A stretch of 64,000 nt of DNA from an uncultured Dehalococcoidia bacterium (GCA_964588665.1 CAZPQQ010000010.1:1054-65053), one strand, 5' to 3'. Positions 17,362 to 27,164 are shown, counted from the stretch's first letter. Notes: generated by a model not told the origin, from the sequence alone. Translations and numbers: made by a program.

Positions 17362-17385
17362 CAGGGCCGTCCTTCACTGGCGCGC

Positions 17386-18249
17386 TCAATCGTTGGTCGG
17401 TATCCGTGTGCCGGCAGTCTTCATTTCGAGACTGTACACAGAGGTCCGCGCGGTGAATAGCATCGTCTTGTTGTACGGCCCGCCCCAGGCGCAGTTTGCG
17501 GGAAGCTCCGGCAGGCGAATGGTCCCGATATGGGCGCCGTCGGGACCGAATACCCAATGGCCGCCCGGTCCGGTGCAGTACACCCTACCCTCCACGTCCA
17601 CCTTCATGCCGTCCGGGACACCGTCTGGATTGTCTGACTGGAATTCCGCGAACAGGCGGCCACCCGAGACCGACCCGTCGGCGGCGACGTCGAACGCTCT
17701 GATCTCCATGGCCGCCCGGGTGTTGGCGACGTACAGCGTGGTCTCGTCAGGCGAGAACGCAAGACCGTTGGGCAGTTCGAAGTCGTCGATCAGCAACGAC
17801 ACGCTGCCGTCCGGTGACACCGAGTAGACGCCGTTGACGTCGATCTCGCGTTCGGGCGCATCGAGTCTGCCGCCGGGGTCGGTGAAGTAGAGCATGCCGT
17901 CGGAGCGGGTTATGACGTCGTTGGGGCGGTTGAGACGTTTGCCGTCGTACCGATCGGCCACGACCGTGATCGAGCCGTCCGCCTCTCTTCGGGTCACTCG
18001 ACGGGCACCGCCTTCGCACATGATCAGGCGTCCTTCTAGGTCGAACGTGAGGCCGTTGGATTCGTTGCTGTCCTCGCGCTCGTGCACCGGCTGTCCGCCC
18101 GGCGCCAGTCGGATGATGAGGCTCTGTCGGATGTCCACGAACAGCCAGTAGCCGTCAGGGTGCCACAACGGCCCCTCGGTGAAGACGAACCTGGTAGCGA
18201 GCTGCCGGGGCTCCGACCCCTCGACGATGTCAGATAAGTTGTCGACCAT
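17386..18249 (-). CDS. SMP-30/gluconolactonase/LRE-family lactonase
   Basis: 287 aa with FTEGPLWHPDG..LFVDI and repeated beta-propeller segments. GGAGGAG lies upstream of the ATG. Confidence 0.85.
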   Translation of the reverse strand: MVDNLSDIVEGSEPRQLATRFVFTEGPLWHPDGYWLFVDIRQSLIIRLAPGGQPVHEREDSNESNGLTFDLEGRLIMCEGGARRVTRREADGSITVVADRYDGKRLNRPNDVITRSDGMLYFTDPGGRLDAPEREIDVNGVYSVSPDGSVSLLIDDFELPNGLAFSPDETTLYVANTRAAMEIRAFDVAADGSVSGGRLFAEFQSDNPDGVPDGMKVDVEGRVYCTGPGGHWVFGPDGAHIGTIRLPELPANCAWGGPYNKTMLFTARTSVYSLEMKTAGTRIPTND

Positions 18250-18265
18250 GTTCTCCTCCGGAATT

Positions 18266-19174
18266 CTAGACGCGGATGTACTTGACCAGCCGTCGGCCTT
18301 CGCCGCCGGGCACGGGTTGAACGAAATAGATGCTGCCTTCTGAGTCCACCGCGGCCCCGTGGCAGCTACGGTACTCCGGGCCGCCCCATCGAGCCAGCGT
18401 CTCGCCGTCCAACGTCAGGATGCTGAAGAAGCCGCCGTTGTGCTCGGCGACGTACACGATGTCGTCGTCATCGACGTATACAACGGCCGGACCCTCGAGT
18501 TCGACCGGCCACTGCTCCAGGAAGTCGCCTTTCTGCGAAAACGCCTGGATGCGGTCGTTCTCACGGTCCGCGACCAGCACACGGTCCCTGGAGTCGATCC
18601 AGACGCCGTGCGGCAGCATGAATTGGCCGGGTCCGGAGCCTGGCTGGCCCCAGGACATCAGATGCTCGCCTCCGGGCGTGAATTTGTGCACCTGGCAGTT
18701 GGCGTAGCCGTCGGCCACGAATATCTCGCCGGACGGTCCCACTGCGATGCCCGCGGGCATGTTGAACGGACCGCCCGGGTGGGTCACCTCCCGGTAGCCT
18801 GCCGAACTGAAAACGGAGTTGTCGGCGCCGGTGTCGGACCGATAGCCTTTCTTGCCAAGAGAAAGCAACGGCTCGCCTTTGGAGGTGAACTTAAGGACCT
18901 GTCCGCCGTTTCGGTCGACGATCCATATGTTGTCCTGGCGGTCGGCGTAGATAGCGTGCGGGAAGGCGAAATCCGTCTCACCCCAGTCCGACACGCGTGT
19001 GCCGTTCTTGTCGAATACGATCACGCCGCGACTGCCGCGATTGAAACCGTAGACTCGATCCTGCGAGTCTACGGTCACGGCAGCCATGGGCGCATTCAAG
19101 CCCTCTGGGACCTTGGCCCAATTCGGCACGACCTCGTAGGTGTGCGACCCTGAACCAACTCGTTGAGCGCTCAT
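18266..19174 (-). CDS. NHL-repeat beta-propeller protein (peptidyl-alpha-hydroxyglycine lyase-like)
   Basis: 302 aa with repeated ..P.G.A.D..G.I.VAD..N..V..F segments typical of NHL repeats. Confidence 0.7.
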   Translation of the reverse strand: MSAQRVGSGSHTYEVVPNWAKVPEGLNAPMAAVTVDSQDRVYGFNRGSRGVIVFDKNGTRVSDWGETDFAFPHAIYADRQDNIWIVDRNGGQVLKFTSKGEPLLSLGKKGYRSDTGADNSVFSSAGYREVTHPGGPFNMPAGIAVGPSGEIFVADGYANCQVHKFTPGGEHLMSWGQPGSGPGQFMLPHGVWIDSRDRVLVADRENDRIQAFSQKGDFLEQWPVELEGPAVVYVDDDDIVYVAEHNGGFFSILTLDGETLARWGGPEYRSCHGAAVDSEGSIYFVQPVPGGEGRRLVKYIRV

Positions 19175-19261
19175 TGCCCGGCTCCTGTGATTGTTGCCAG
19201 CGTTGGAATTGGTAGGCTTGGACCGCCTAAGGCGGTCCAGAGCACAAGCGAGCCTTCAGCT

Positions 19262-20317
19262 TCACGCCGCAGCCACCTTATCGGGACTGCATGCGGTCAT
19301 GACCGCCCTGACCGAATCGATGTTCGGCCTGGCGGCTACGACTCGGACGATTGACGTGTCCAGTCCTTGCGACAGGCGTTTGAAATGCGCCGCCGCGCCG
19401 TCCGCCTTGCCGAAGTAGCCTACCGCCAACAGCAAGTCGGCGGGGAACGCGGCCGCGATTTCGTCAGCCGAGGCGCCGCGAGTCCGCATCTCGTCCAGCT
19501 CCGCCAGTTGCTCGGTGTAGCCCATGCGCTCGAAATGGCCGCGGTACCCGAGTTGACGTTCGCGCTCCGTCGGCACAGTCTGGCCCAGCGCGTAGTTCAT
19601 CGTCGCTTTAGCCAGAGCGATCCGTGCCGCGTCGACGTCGTCGTCCACGCAGATGCGAATGTATTCGGTCACATTGATCTCGGAAGGCTGACGACCGGCT
19701 TTTGCCGCTCCGTCGGCGACGCGCTCCCGGCTCCAGGCGATCTGCTCCGGAGTGCACCAGTTCAGCGACGCTCCGTCGGCGAGCTCGCCGGCGAGTTCCA
19801 GCATCCGTGGTCCCAGGGCGCCGAGGTACACCGGTGTCTTGGGAGCGGGTGAAATGCCAAGCGACATTCCGCGAAGGGTAACCGTCTCCCCTTCGTAATT
19901 CACCTCTTCCCCGTTAACCAGTCCCCTGACAACTGTCACGTAGTCGCGCATCAAGGCGAGTGTAGACAGCTGGCCGAGGCCCACCACACGCCTGGACTTT
20001 GGCCTGTATGACGCGCCGGAACCGATGCCCATGACGAACTTGCCGCCGGTGATCTGGCTGACCGTTCCGCCTTCCATGGCAAACGACAGCGGAGTGCGGT
20101 ACATGACTGGCGAGACGCCGATCCCGGTACCGAGACCCTCCGAGACCGTCGCTCTCGTCGCCTGCCAACGCTGGACGCACAGGTGGAACGAATCGACCCC
20201 GTTGCCCTCCGGCGTCCATATGCTTTCATACCCTAGTTTGGCCGACTCGTCGGACAGCTCTGTTTGATCTGCCCACGTCATACCCAACGACGCATCAAGC
20301 CCGATCCCTATCTCCAT
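19262..20317 (-). CDS. LLM-class (luciferase-like) flavin/F420-dependent oxidoreductase
   Basis: 351 aa with the MEIGIGL......ELS..A..LGYES.W..E pattern of the TIM-barrel LLM family. Confidence 0.8.
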   Translation of the reverse strand: MEIGIGLDASLGMTWADQTELSDESAKLGYESIWTPEGNGVDSFHLCVQRWQATRATVSEGLGTGIGVSPVMYRTPLSFAMEGGTVSQITGGKFVMGIGSGASYRPKSRRVVGLGQLSTLALMRDYVTVVRGLVNGEEVNYEGETVTLRGMSLGISPAPKTPVYLGALGPRMLELAGELADGASLNWCTPEQIAWSRERVADGAAKAGRQPSEINVTEYIRICVDDDVDAARIALAKATMNYALGQTVPTERERQLGYRGHFERMGYTEQLAELDEMRTRGASADEIAAAFPADLLLAVGYFGKADGAAAHFKRLSQGLDTSIVRVVAARPNIDSVRAVMTACSPDKVAAA

Positions 20318-20547
20318 TGCCTCACCTCGGTCTCCATCGTAAATACTTGTTGACGAGCGGAATTATATTTCGAGTGAGAGAGGGTGGCAAGTCCGCCGCC
20401 AGCCCCGGCGTGACGTGTTTGGATTATTCGAAGCATTTGTTTCGGTCGAGAACTGAGCTTCGTGGCGCAACGATGTGCACCGCGAAACGGTTCAATGGCT
20501 CACGAGCACTGCTTCCAAGGCAACAGGATGCACGAGTTGAGCCGCGG

Positions 20548-20576
20548 TTGACGCGTTTGATGGTCGTTGTTAGACT
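20548..20576 (+). promoter_or_regulatory. sigma-70-type promoter candidate
   Basis: TTGACG-N17-TAGACT, ending 36 nt upstream of the ATG at 20612. Confidence 0.5.
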
Positions 20577-20611
20577 CGCGTCACCTTTCACCACGGAGGC
20601 CCACCTTTTAG

Positions 20612-23600
20612 ATGCTTTGCCCGAGTTGCCAACGCGAAAACGCCGACGATGCAGCTTTTTGCAACGGATGCGGCGCCCGCTTCCATCTGGCGTGTCCCAA
20701 ATGCCAGAGAGTCAACGTTCCCGACGCCAGCTTCTGCAACGGTTGCGGGACGCGTTTGATCGAACACCCGTCGACCGACGCCGACAGCGCTCCCGGCGTC
20801 GGCGCCTCAACGGAGCCCTCGACGACCGAACAACCCGCGTCATTCGCCGACGGCCGCTACGTCGTCAGTCGGTTCCTGGGCGAGGGCGGCAAGAAGCTGG
20901 TCTATCTGGCCCACGACGAGCTGCTGGACCGCGACGTCGCGTTCGCGCTGATAAAGACCGAGGGCCTCAACGATGCGTCCCGCCAGCGCATCTCTCGTGA
21001 AGCGCAGGCCATGGGACGCCTCGGATCACATCCGCACATCGTGACTGCCTTCGACCTGGGCGAGCACCCTTCGACAAGCTCAGGGGGGGCTCCTCCGCCC
21101 GGGCAGGCGCTGCCGCAGCCCTTCATGGTCACTGAGCTCATGGGCGGCGGCGACGTCGAGGCCATCGTAGAGGACGCGCCTGAGCACCGGCTGCCGATGG
21201 AGCAGGCCATCTCGATCGCCGTCGAAACCTGCCGTGGACTAGAGTTCGCGCACTCCAAGGGCATCGTTCACCGCGACCTCAAGCCCGGAAACGTCTGGCT
21301 CACAGCCGATGGGATCGCCAAGATCGGCGACTTCGGCTTGGCAGTTGCCACCGACCGCTCCCGTCTCACACAAGAAGGCATGATGGTCGGCACGGTTTCG
21401 TACATGCCCCCTGAGCAAGCGATGGGCGGCGAGGTCACACCTCGCGCCGACCTGTACTCGCTCGGAGCTATGCTCTACGAGATGGTCTGCGGCCGCCCGC
21501 CGTTCTTGGGCGACGACTCGGTGGCGATCATCGGCCAGCACATCAACACACCGCCTGTGGCGCCGACGTGGCACCGCTCTGACTGCCCACGGCCTCTTGA
21601 CGCTCTCATCATGCGTCTGCTCGCCAAGGACCCGTCGGAAAGGCCGGACAGCGCATCCGACGTGCTGGCGGCGCTGGAAGCCGTCGACACATCGTCATCA
21701 GAGCAGAGTGTCATCGAGCCTGGACAGTCGGTGAACGTCCTAGACTCGCTCGCAGGCGATGTGTTCGTTGGTCGCCAGCGGGAGATGGACCAGCTCAAGG
21801 CGGCGCTCGAGGACGCGCTTGGCGGTCGGGGGCGGATGGTCACCCTCGTGGGCGAGCCTGGCATCGGCAAGACTCGCACCGCGCAAGAGCTGGCGACTTA
21901 CGCCGGACTCAGAGGCGCGCAGGTCCTGTGGGGCCGATGCTACGAGGAGCAGGGTGTCCCGCCCTACTGGCCGTGGGTGCAGGCCATCCGGGGTTACGTG
22001 AGAGAGCGGGATCCGGAGCGCCTTAGCTCCGAGATGGGTTCCGGCGCTGCTGCCATCGCCGAGATCGTATCCGACATACGGGAGAAGCTGCCGGGACTGC
22101 CAAAGCCTCCTCAGTTCGACGACCCTAAGTCGGCCAGATTCAGGCTTTTTGACTCGATCACGGCGTTCTTGCGAACGGCATCGCAGCATCAACCGCTGGT
22201 TTTGGTATTGGGCGACCTGCACTGGTCGGACAGACCTTCGCTCATGCTCATGCAGTTCCTGGTCAGAGAGCTATCGGGCGCCAGGCTGTTGCTGATCGGG
22301 ACATACAGGGACATGGAGTTGAACCGCCGGCATCCTCTGGCCGAGGCACTGGGCGATCTCACCCGTGAGCGGCTTTTCGAGCGTGTGCTGCTGCGCGGCC
22401 TCGACCACGCCGACGTGGGCAGGTTCGTAGAGATGGCGACAGGCATCAGTCCACCCGCGGGATTAGTCGATGCGGTGCATACTCAGACAGAGGGCAACCC
22501 ACTGTTCGTGACAGAAGTCGTGCGCTTGCTTGTACAGGAAGGAGAACTGGGCTCCGATGGTGCGGCCGAGAGGGACTCTTGGGAGGTGCGAATCCCCGAG
22601 GGAGTGAGGGAGGTGATCGGTCGCAGGCTCAACCGGCTATTGGCCCGGTGCAACGAGGTGCTGACCGTGGCTTCGGTCGTGGGCCGTGAGTTCGAGTTGA
22701 GACACGTGGACAAGTTGGTTGAAGACCTGACAGAGGACATGCTTCTCGATGTGCTGGAGGAGGGGTTGGGCGCCAGGGTGATCGAAGAGCTACCCTCAGC
22801 GGTTGGCCGCTACCAGTTCACCCATGCGCTGATACAGGAAACGCTAACGAGCGAGCTGTCCCTGACGCGACGCGTGCGGCTCCACGCCCGAATCGCCGCG
22901 ACCTTGGAGGATGTCTACGGCGCCAATGCCGCGCACCACGCGGCGGAGCTCGCTCACCACTTCGCCCAGGCGGAAGCGATGCCGGGGCCGGAGAAAATGA
23001 TCGAATACGCGATACTCGCCGGCGAACGGGCTTTGGCCACTCACGCATACGAACAGGCTCTGGCCCATTTCGAGCGGGCGCTGGCGGCCAAGGAAGAGGG
23101 GCCAATGGATGGGGACACAGCCGACGTTCTCTTTGGTCTGGGCCTCGCCCAAGCGGCTACCATTGAGAGGAGCCAGGCCCAAGAGGCGCGGGACCTCATT
23201 GAGCGAGCCTTCGACTACTACGTGGAGGTGGGGGACGCGATCCGGGCTGTGGCGGTGGCGCAGCAGCCGGTGGGGATCACGGCTTGGATCACGGGAAGGG
23301 CCGAGGTCGTGTCCCGCGCCCTGGAGTTGGTGACGCCCGACTCGCTGGATGCGGCCCGTCTCCTGTCCCAATACGGCTTCTCGCTCGGTTTTGAAACAGG
23401 AGACCACGAGCGGGTTGAGGAGGCGTTCGGCCGGGCGATCTCCATCGCGCAACGCGAGGGAGAGACGGCCCTGGAGGCTCGGACCCTCGCTTACTCAGGC
23501 TTTCTCGGTGCTAGTTTGATGGACTATGAGGGGTCTCTTGAGAGGTCTCTGAGTGCCATCGAGCTGACCCGGCGGTCCAGCGACCTTCAGGCCGAGGTGC

Positions 23601-23956
23601 GTGCCCGGATGGCAGCCGCCGCTTCCCTGATCGCTACGGGAGAACTGGATGAGGCCCGGCTGCACTCGACGGCGTTCATGGAAGTGGCTGAGAGTCTCCG
23701 CGATCGCCTGTGGCTTGCCCACGCGGCCTGGGTGCTGGGCACTCTGTCGCGACTCGAAGGCGACTGGCAGGCGGCACAAGGCTTCTTTGACCGGGCAATC
23801 ACAACGTTGTCCGACCACCATATTGCCCCGCGGGGAAAGCGCTGGCGTACTACGAGGTGGGCGAGTTCGAGGAGGGGGCCTCGAACATCGACACGCTCGG
23901 GGAGACGTTCCGTGCTGGCTCCATGCCAGCGGGTGATGGTTCTGTCTTGGCATTGA
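20612..23956 (+). CDS. Ser/Thr protein kinase fused to a double zinc ribbon, AAA/STAND NTPase and TPR region (the last ~40 codons are out of frame; see 23857-24468)
   Basis: Two CPxC..CxxCG ribbons, then kinase motifs HRDLKPGNVWL, DFGLA and SYMPPEQ, then P-loop GEPGIGKTRTAQE and Walker B LVLVLGDLHW, then helical repeats. Confidence 0.85.
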   Translation: MLCPSCQRENADDAAFCNGCGARFHLACPKCQRVNVPDASFCNGCGTRLIEHPSTDADSAPGVGASTEPSTTEQPASFADGRYVVSRFLGEGGKKLVYLAHDELLDRDVAFALIKTEGLNDASRQRISREAQAMGRLGSHPHIVTAFDLGEHPSTSSGGAPPPGQALPQPFMVTELMGGGDVEAIVEDAPEHRLPMEQAISIAVETCRGLEFAHSKGIVHRDLKPGNVWLTADGIAKIGDFGLAVATDRSRLTQEGMMVGTVSYMPPEQAMGGEVTPRADLYSLGAMLYEMVCGRPPFLGDDSVAIIGQHINTPPVAPTWHRSDCPRPLDALIMRLLAKDPSERPDSASDVLAALEAVDTSSSEQSVIEPGQSVNVLDSLAGDVFVGRQREMDQLKAALEDALGGRGRMVTLVGEPGIGKTRTAQELATYAGLRGAQVLWGRCYEEQGVPPYWPWVQAIRGYVRERDPERLSSEMGSGAAAIAEIVSDIREKLPGLPKPPQFDDPKSARFRLFDSITAFLRTASQHQPLVLVLGDLHWSDRPSLMLMQFLVRELSGARLLLIGTYRDMELNRRHPLAEALGDLTRERLFERVLLRGLDHADVGRFVEMATGISPPAGLVDAVHTQTEGNPLFVTEVVRLLVQEGELGSDGAAERDSWEVRIPEGVREVIGRRLNRLLARCNEVLTVASVVGREFELRHVDKLVEDLTEDMLLDVLEEGLGARVIEELPSAVGRYQFTHALIQETLTSELSLTRRVRLHARIAATLEDVYGANAAHHAAELAHHFAQAEAMPGPEKMIEYAILAGERALATHAYEQALAHFERALAAKEEGPMDGDTADVLFGLGLAQAATIERSQAQEARDLIERAFDYYVEVGDAIRAVAVAQQPVGITAWITGRAEVVSRALELVTPDSLDAARLLSQYGFSLGFETGDHERVEEAFGRAISIAQREGETALEARTLAYSGFLGASLMDYEGSLERSLSAIELTRRSSDLQAEVRARMAAAASLIATGELDEARLHSTAFMEVAESLRDRLWLAHAAWVLGTLSRLEGDWQAAQGFFDRAITTLSDHHIAPRGKRWRTTRWASSRRGPRTSTRSGRRSVLAPCQRVMVLSWH

Positions 23957-24468
23957 CTGTGGCGCTGGCTTCGCGAATCACCGGCGCGGCCGACCGCCTC
24001 GACGTGGCGGAGAAGGCCGCGCTGGCGGCGCTGGCAGCTCCGTCGCCGCGGCACGACGGAACAATTCAGGCCCGGACAGGCCTGGCGCTCCTGGCTGTGC
24101 ACCGGCAGGATGCTGAAGCCGCCGGGGAGCAGTATTCCGCTCTTGAGTCCCAGCAGGGCACTCTACTGCCGTTGGGCGCAATCTGCTTTGACTGCCGGCT
24201 CGGTCTTCTGGCCCACGCTACGGGCGAATTGGACAACGCGGCAGGCCATTTCGAGGGTGCGTTAGCCTTCTGTCGCAAAGCGGGTTACCGCCCCGAGCTC
24301 GCCTGGTCCCTCTGCGACTACGCCGACATGCTGCTCGAACAAAGCGGCGACGGCGACCGCGAAGCCGCAACGACCATGCTTGACGAGTCGTTGCAGATAT
24401 CCAGCGAACTGGGGATGCGACCGCTGATGGAGCGGGTGCTGTCACGGCGCGAAATACTGAAGGCATGA
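23857..24468 (+). CDS. C-terminal TPR fragment of the kinase/STAND gene (reading frame continues after a frameshift)
   Basis: This frame is open from 23791. ..ALAYYEVGEFEEG.. continues the TPR repeats, and the ending (...ELGMRPLMERVLSRREILKA) is typical of this protein class. It has no SD sequence of its own. Confidence 0.7.
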   Translation: MGEFEEGASNIDTLGETFRAGSMPAGDGSVLALTVALASRITGAADRLDVAEKAALAALAAPSPRHDGTIQARTGLALLAVHRQDAEAAGEQYSALESQQGTLLPLGAICFDCRLGLLAHATGELDNAAGHFEGALAFCRKAGYRPELAWSLCDYADMLLEQSGDGDREAATTMLDESLQISSELGMRPLMERVLSRREILKA

Positions 24469-25070
24469 CAACGCGCGACCCGACCGAAGGACAAGACGAC
24501 AGACTGGCGGCCGAACAATACAGGCTGCTCGACGAAGCCGATCTCGACGGCGTTCGGCTCTTCGATCGCAGCGACTACTCGGCGTCCAGCTACAAGGCGG
24601 TCGACGGCGAATTGGCGTTGACTCCGGAGTCGTTCGACCACCGGGGATGGAACGATCGGCAGCGAGCGGGAATCGTCGCCGGTCTCAAAAAAAGCTACGC
24701 TGCGGGTGACGTCTTCTTCGGCGCGTTCGATGGCGAAACGCTCGTCGGGATCTGCGGCATCGAGAACAAGTGGCGGGGAAGCCGAGGCAGCACCCTCAAC
24801 CTCGGTCCGCTGTGGGTCACCAAGAGCAGCAGAGGACGAGGCGTCGGCCGGAAGCTCGTCGAATTGTCTATGGAGAAGGCGGCCGCAATGGGAGCGGGCC
24901 GCCTGTACGTCTCGGCAGCGCACTCGGTGAACACCGTGCGTTTCTGGCTGGGCGTCGGTTGCACGTTGACCGACGAGATCGACGAGGAGCTGTTCCGCCT
25001 CGAGCCAGCCGACATCCACATGGAACTGATGCTGGCGCCAAACGACAAACCCGCTTCGGACCACGAATAA
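24465..25070 (+). CDS. GNAT-family N-acetyltransferase
   Basis: 201 aa with motif A SRGRGVGRKLVE. Its ATG overlaps the TGA of the upstream gene (ATGA). Confidence 0.8.
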   Translation: MTTRDPTEGQDDRLAAEQYRLLDEADLDGVRLFDRSDYSASSYKAVDGELALTPESFDHRGWNDRQRAGIVAGLKKSYAAGDVFFGAFDGETLVGICGIENKWRGSRGSTLNLGPLWVTKSSRGRGVGRKLVELSMEKAAAMGAGRLYVSAAHSVNTVRFWLGVGCTLTDEIDEELFRLEPADIHMELMLAPNDKPASDHE

Positions 25071-25151
25071 TCATCGGCGGGTTCGGATTCTTTGGCCGCA
25101 AACCGTGGGGCTGCAAATGGCGCCAATCAGACATCGGATGATCCGCGCGAA

Positions 25152-26771
25152 TCAGCTCACGATCTGGAACGGCGGCATCATGTTGGGGACTTCGACCTCA
25201 AGCAGCACAGGGGCGTTGGCTCCAAGCGCCTTGGTGAGCGCGTCGCCGAACCCGTCCGGATTGGTTCGCATGCCCACGGCGCCGAAGGATTCGGCCAGCT
25301 TCACGAAGTCCGGGTTCGCCAGGTCGGTCCCGATGAATCGCTCGCCGTAACGGTGTGTCTGGTCCCAGCGAGAGGCGCCGTACATGCCGTTGTTGAACAC
25401 GACGGTCACCACGTTGATGCCGTATCGAACGGCCGTTGAGAGCTCCTGCGGACTGTACATGAACCCGCCGTCGCCGGAGAGCGCCACCACCTGCTTGTCC
25501 GGCGCGCCGACCTTGCTGCCGAGCGCCGTCGGGAAGGCGTACCCCAGCGTGCCGAAGTACCCTGATGTCACGTACGTCCTGGGTCGGCGCACCTCGTAGG
25601 CCAGGGTGCTCCAATAGCCCACCGTGGTCGAGCCGCTTACCAGGATCGCATCGTCATCCAGGCGTTCGCGCACGGTGTCGATCATGTCGGTTTGCTGAGG
25701 CGCCAGCTCGCGAATCTCGGACCGAAACGCGTTCCGATAGCCCTCGATCTGCTCCAGGCGCGAAGGCTTCGACACGCCGGACGATCTGAGTTGAGCGGTG
25801 AGTTGGCTCAACGCAACCTTGGCGTCGGCAACGATGCCCAGCTCGGCATCCATGTTCCTTCCGATTTCGTCGGGGTCGGCGTCGATCTGGATAATCCGCG
25901 GAGGGTTATCGACCGCTGCCTGCCGGAAGGCAAGGCGGGTGCCGACAGCCAGCAGGACATCTGTCTCGGCTAGAACGCGAGCGCCCGGCCCGATGCCCAC
26001 GTAGTTCGTGCCCACGTAGTATGGGTCGGTCTCCGGGATGACTCCCTTCGAGGTCTGGGTCGTCATCACCGGCGCCTGAACGATTCGGGCGAGTTCCAGG
26101 AGCTCTGCCTCCACGCCCGCGGACAGTGCCCCGCCACCCGCGATGATCGTGGGGCGCTCAGCCTCCGTCAGCATCTGGACCGCGTGGGCTATGTCACGCG
26201 CTCGGACGGCTGCCGGCGGGTATTCCTCCGGCTCGATGATGTCGGCGTCGCCCAAGTTCGCCAGTGTATCGGGAGGAACCTCCAATTCGACCGGCCTCGG
26301 CCTGCCGGTGGTCAGTTGACGGAAGGCCTCGTGGACCGCGTCCGGCACTTCCTCGACTCGCGTGACCCTGTGCGCCCATTTAGTGATGGGTTTGAAAACG
26401 TCGAGTTGGTCTTCGACCTCGTGGAGCTGGCCTTGCCGCTTGCCCAGCGACTCGGTCGGTATCTGCCCCGATATCAGCAACACTGGAGAGCCGCTGGCGT
26501 AAGCGGTGCCGAGGCCTGCCGTTGCGTTCAACGCTCCCGGTCCCGGGACGACCATGGCGACGCCGGGCTTCCCGGTGGCCCTGGAGTATCCGTCCGCCAT
26601 ATAGGTCGTTGCCTGCTCGTGGCGCACGTGGATCATTCTGATGTCGGCTCGCGCCTCGTACAACGCGTCGAACGCCGCCATGATCTGGACGCCCGGCAGC
26701 GCGAACACCGTATCGACGCCCTCGGCTCGTAGCTGCCTCACCAGGGCCTGTCCTCCGCTCATCTGTGGCAT
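25152..26771 (-). CDS. thiamine-diphosphate-dependent enzyme (acetolactate synthase large-subunit-like)
   Basis: 539 aa with TPP motif GDGGF-x24-NNGMYG and N-terminal GGQALVRQLRAEGVDTVF.LPG. Confidence 0.88.
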   Translation of the reverse strand: MPQMSGGQALVRQLRAEGVDTVFALPGVQIMAAFDALYEARADIRMIHVRHEQATTYMADGYSRATGKPGVAMVVPGPGALNATAGLGTAYASGSPVLLISGQIPTESLGKRQGQLHEVEDQLDVFKPITKWAHRVTRVEEVPDAVHEAFRQLTTGRPRPVELEVPPDTLANLGDADIIEPEEYPPAAVRARDIAHAVQMLTEAERPTIIAGGGALSAGVEAELLELARIVQAPVMTTQTSKGVIPETDPYYVGTNYVGIGPGARVLAETDVLLAVGTRLAFRQAAVDNPPRIIQIDADPDEIGRNMDAELGIVADAKVALSQLTAQLRSSGVSKPSRLEQIEGYRNAFRSEIRELAPQQTDMIDTVRERLDDDAILVSGSTTVGYWSTLAYEVRRPRTYVTSGYFGTLGYAFPTALGSKVGAPDKQVVALSGDGGFMYSPQELSTAVRYGINVVTVVFNNGMYGASRWDQTHRYGERFIGTDLANPDFVKLAESFGAVGMRTNPDGFGDALTKALGANAPVLLEVEVPNMMPPFQIVS

Positions 26772-26823
26772 GTACGTGTCCTCACGATCTGTGGTTTGGC
26801 CCTTCGCCCGTGACTGACTCGCC

Positions 26824-27138
26824 CTAACCGCCCACCGAACTCAGCGGGTTGACGGTGACCCGGCTTAGCGTCGTCGAGCCGGTGTTCCTGAACTGGTGAT
26901 CGCTGTCGGGGGGCACGAGCACGGCGTCTCCGGCCTTAATTGGGAATTCTTTGCCGTCGCACCAGAGCACGCCCTCTCCCTCGACGATGAAGGCCTGGTG
27001 CTCCCATGGGTGCGTGTGATGGGGGCTGGACGCCCCCGGCGCGTGCTGGACGTAGAGCATCACGTAATTTGGGACGCCGTCTGACGGCCCCAGGACGGGA
27101 TTTTTCGAGCCTTCCGCTTTGCGGATGACAGGGTCCAT
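26824..27138 (-). CDS. cupin domain protein
   Basis: HHTHPWEH..F...G and ...GD....P....H cupin motifs. Start placed at ATG 27138 with AGGAGA upstream. Confidence 0.8.
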   Translation of the reverse strand: MDPVIRKAEGSKNPVLGPSDGVPNYVMLYVQHAPGASSPHHTHPWEHQAFIVEGEGVLWCDGKEFPIKAGDAVLVPPDSDHQFRNTGSTTLSRVTVNPLSSVGG

Positions 27139-27164
27139 ATCGTCTCCTGTGTTGGCTTCCGGTA

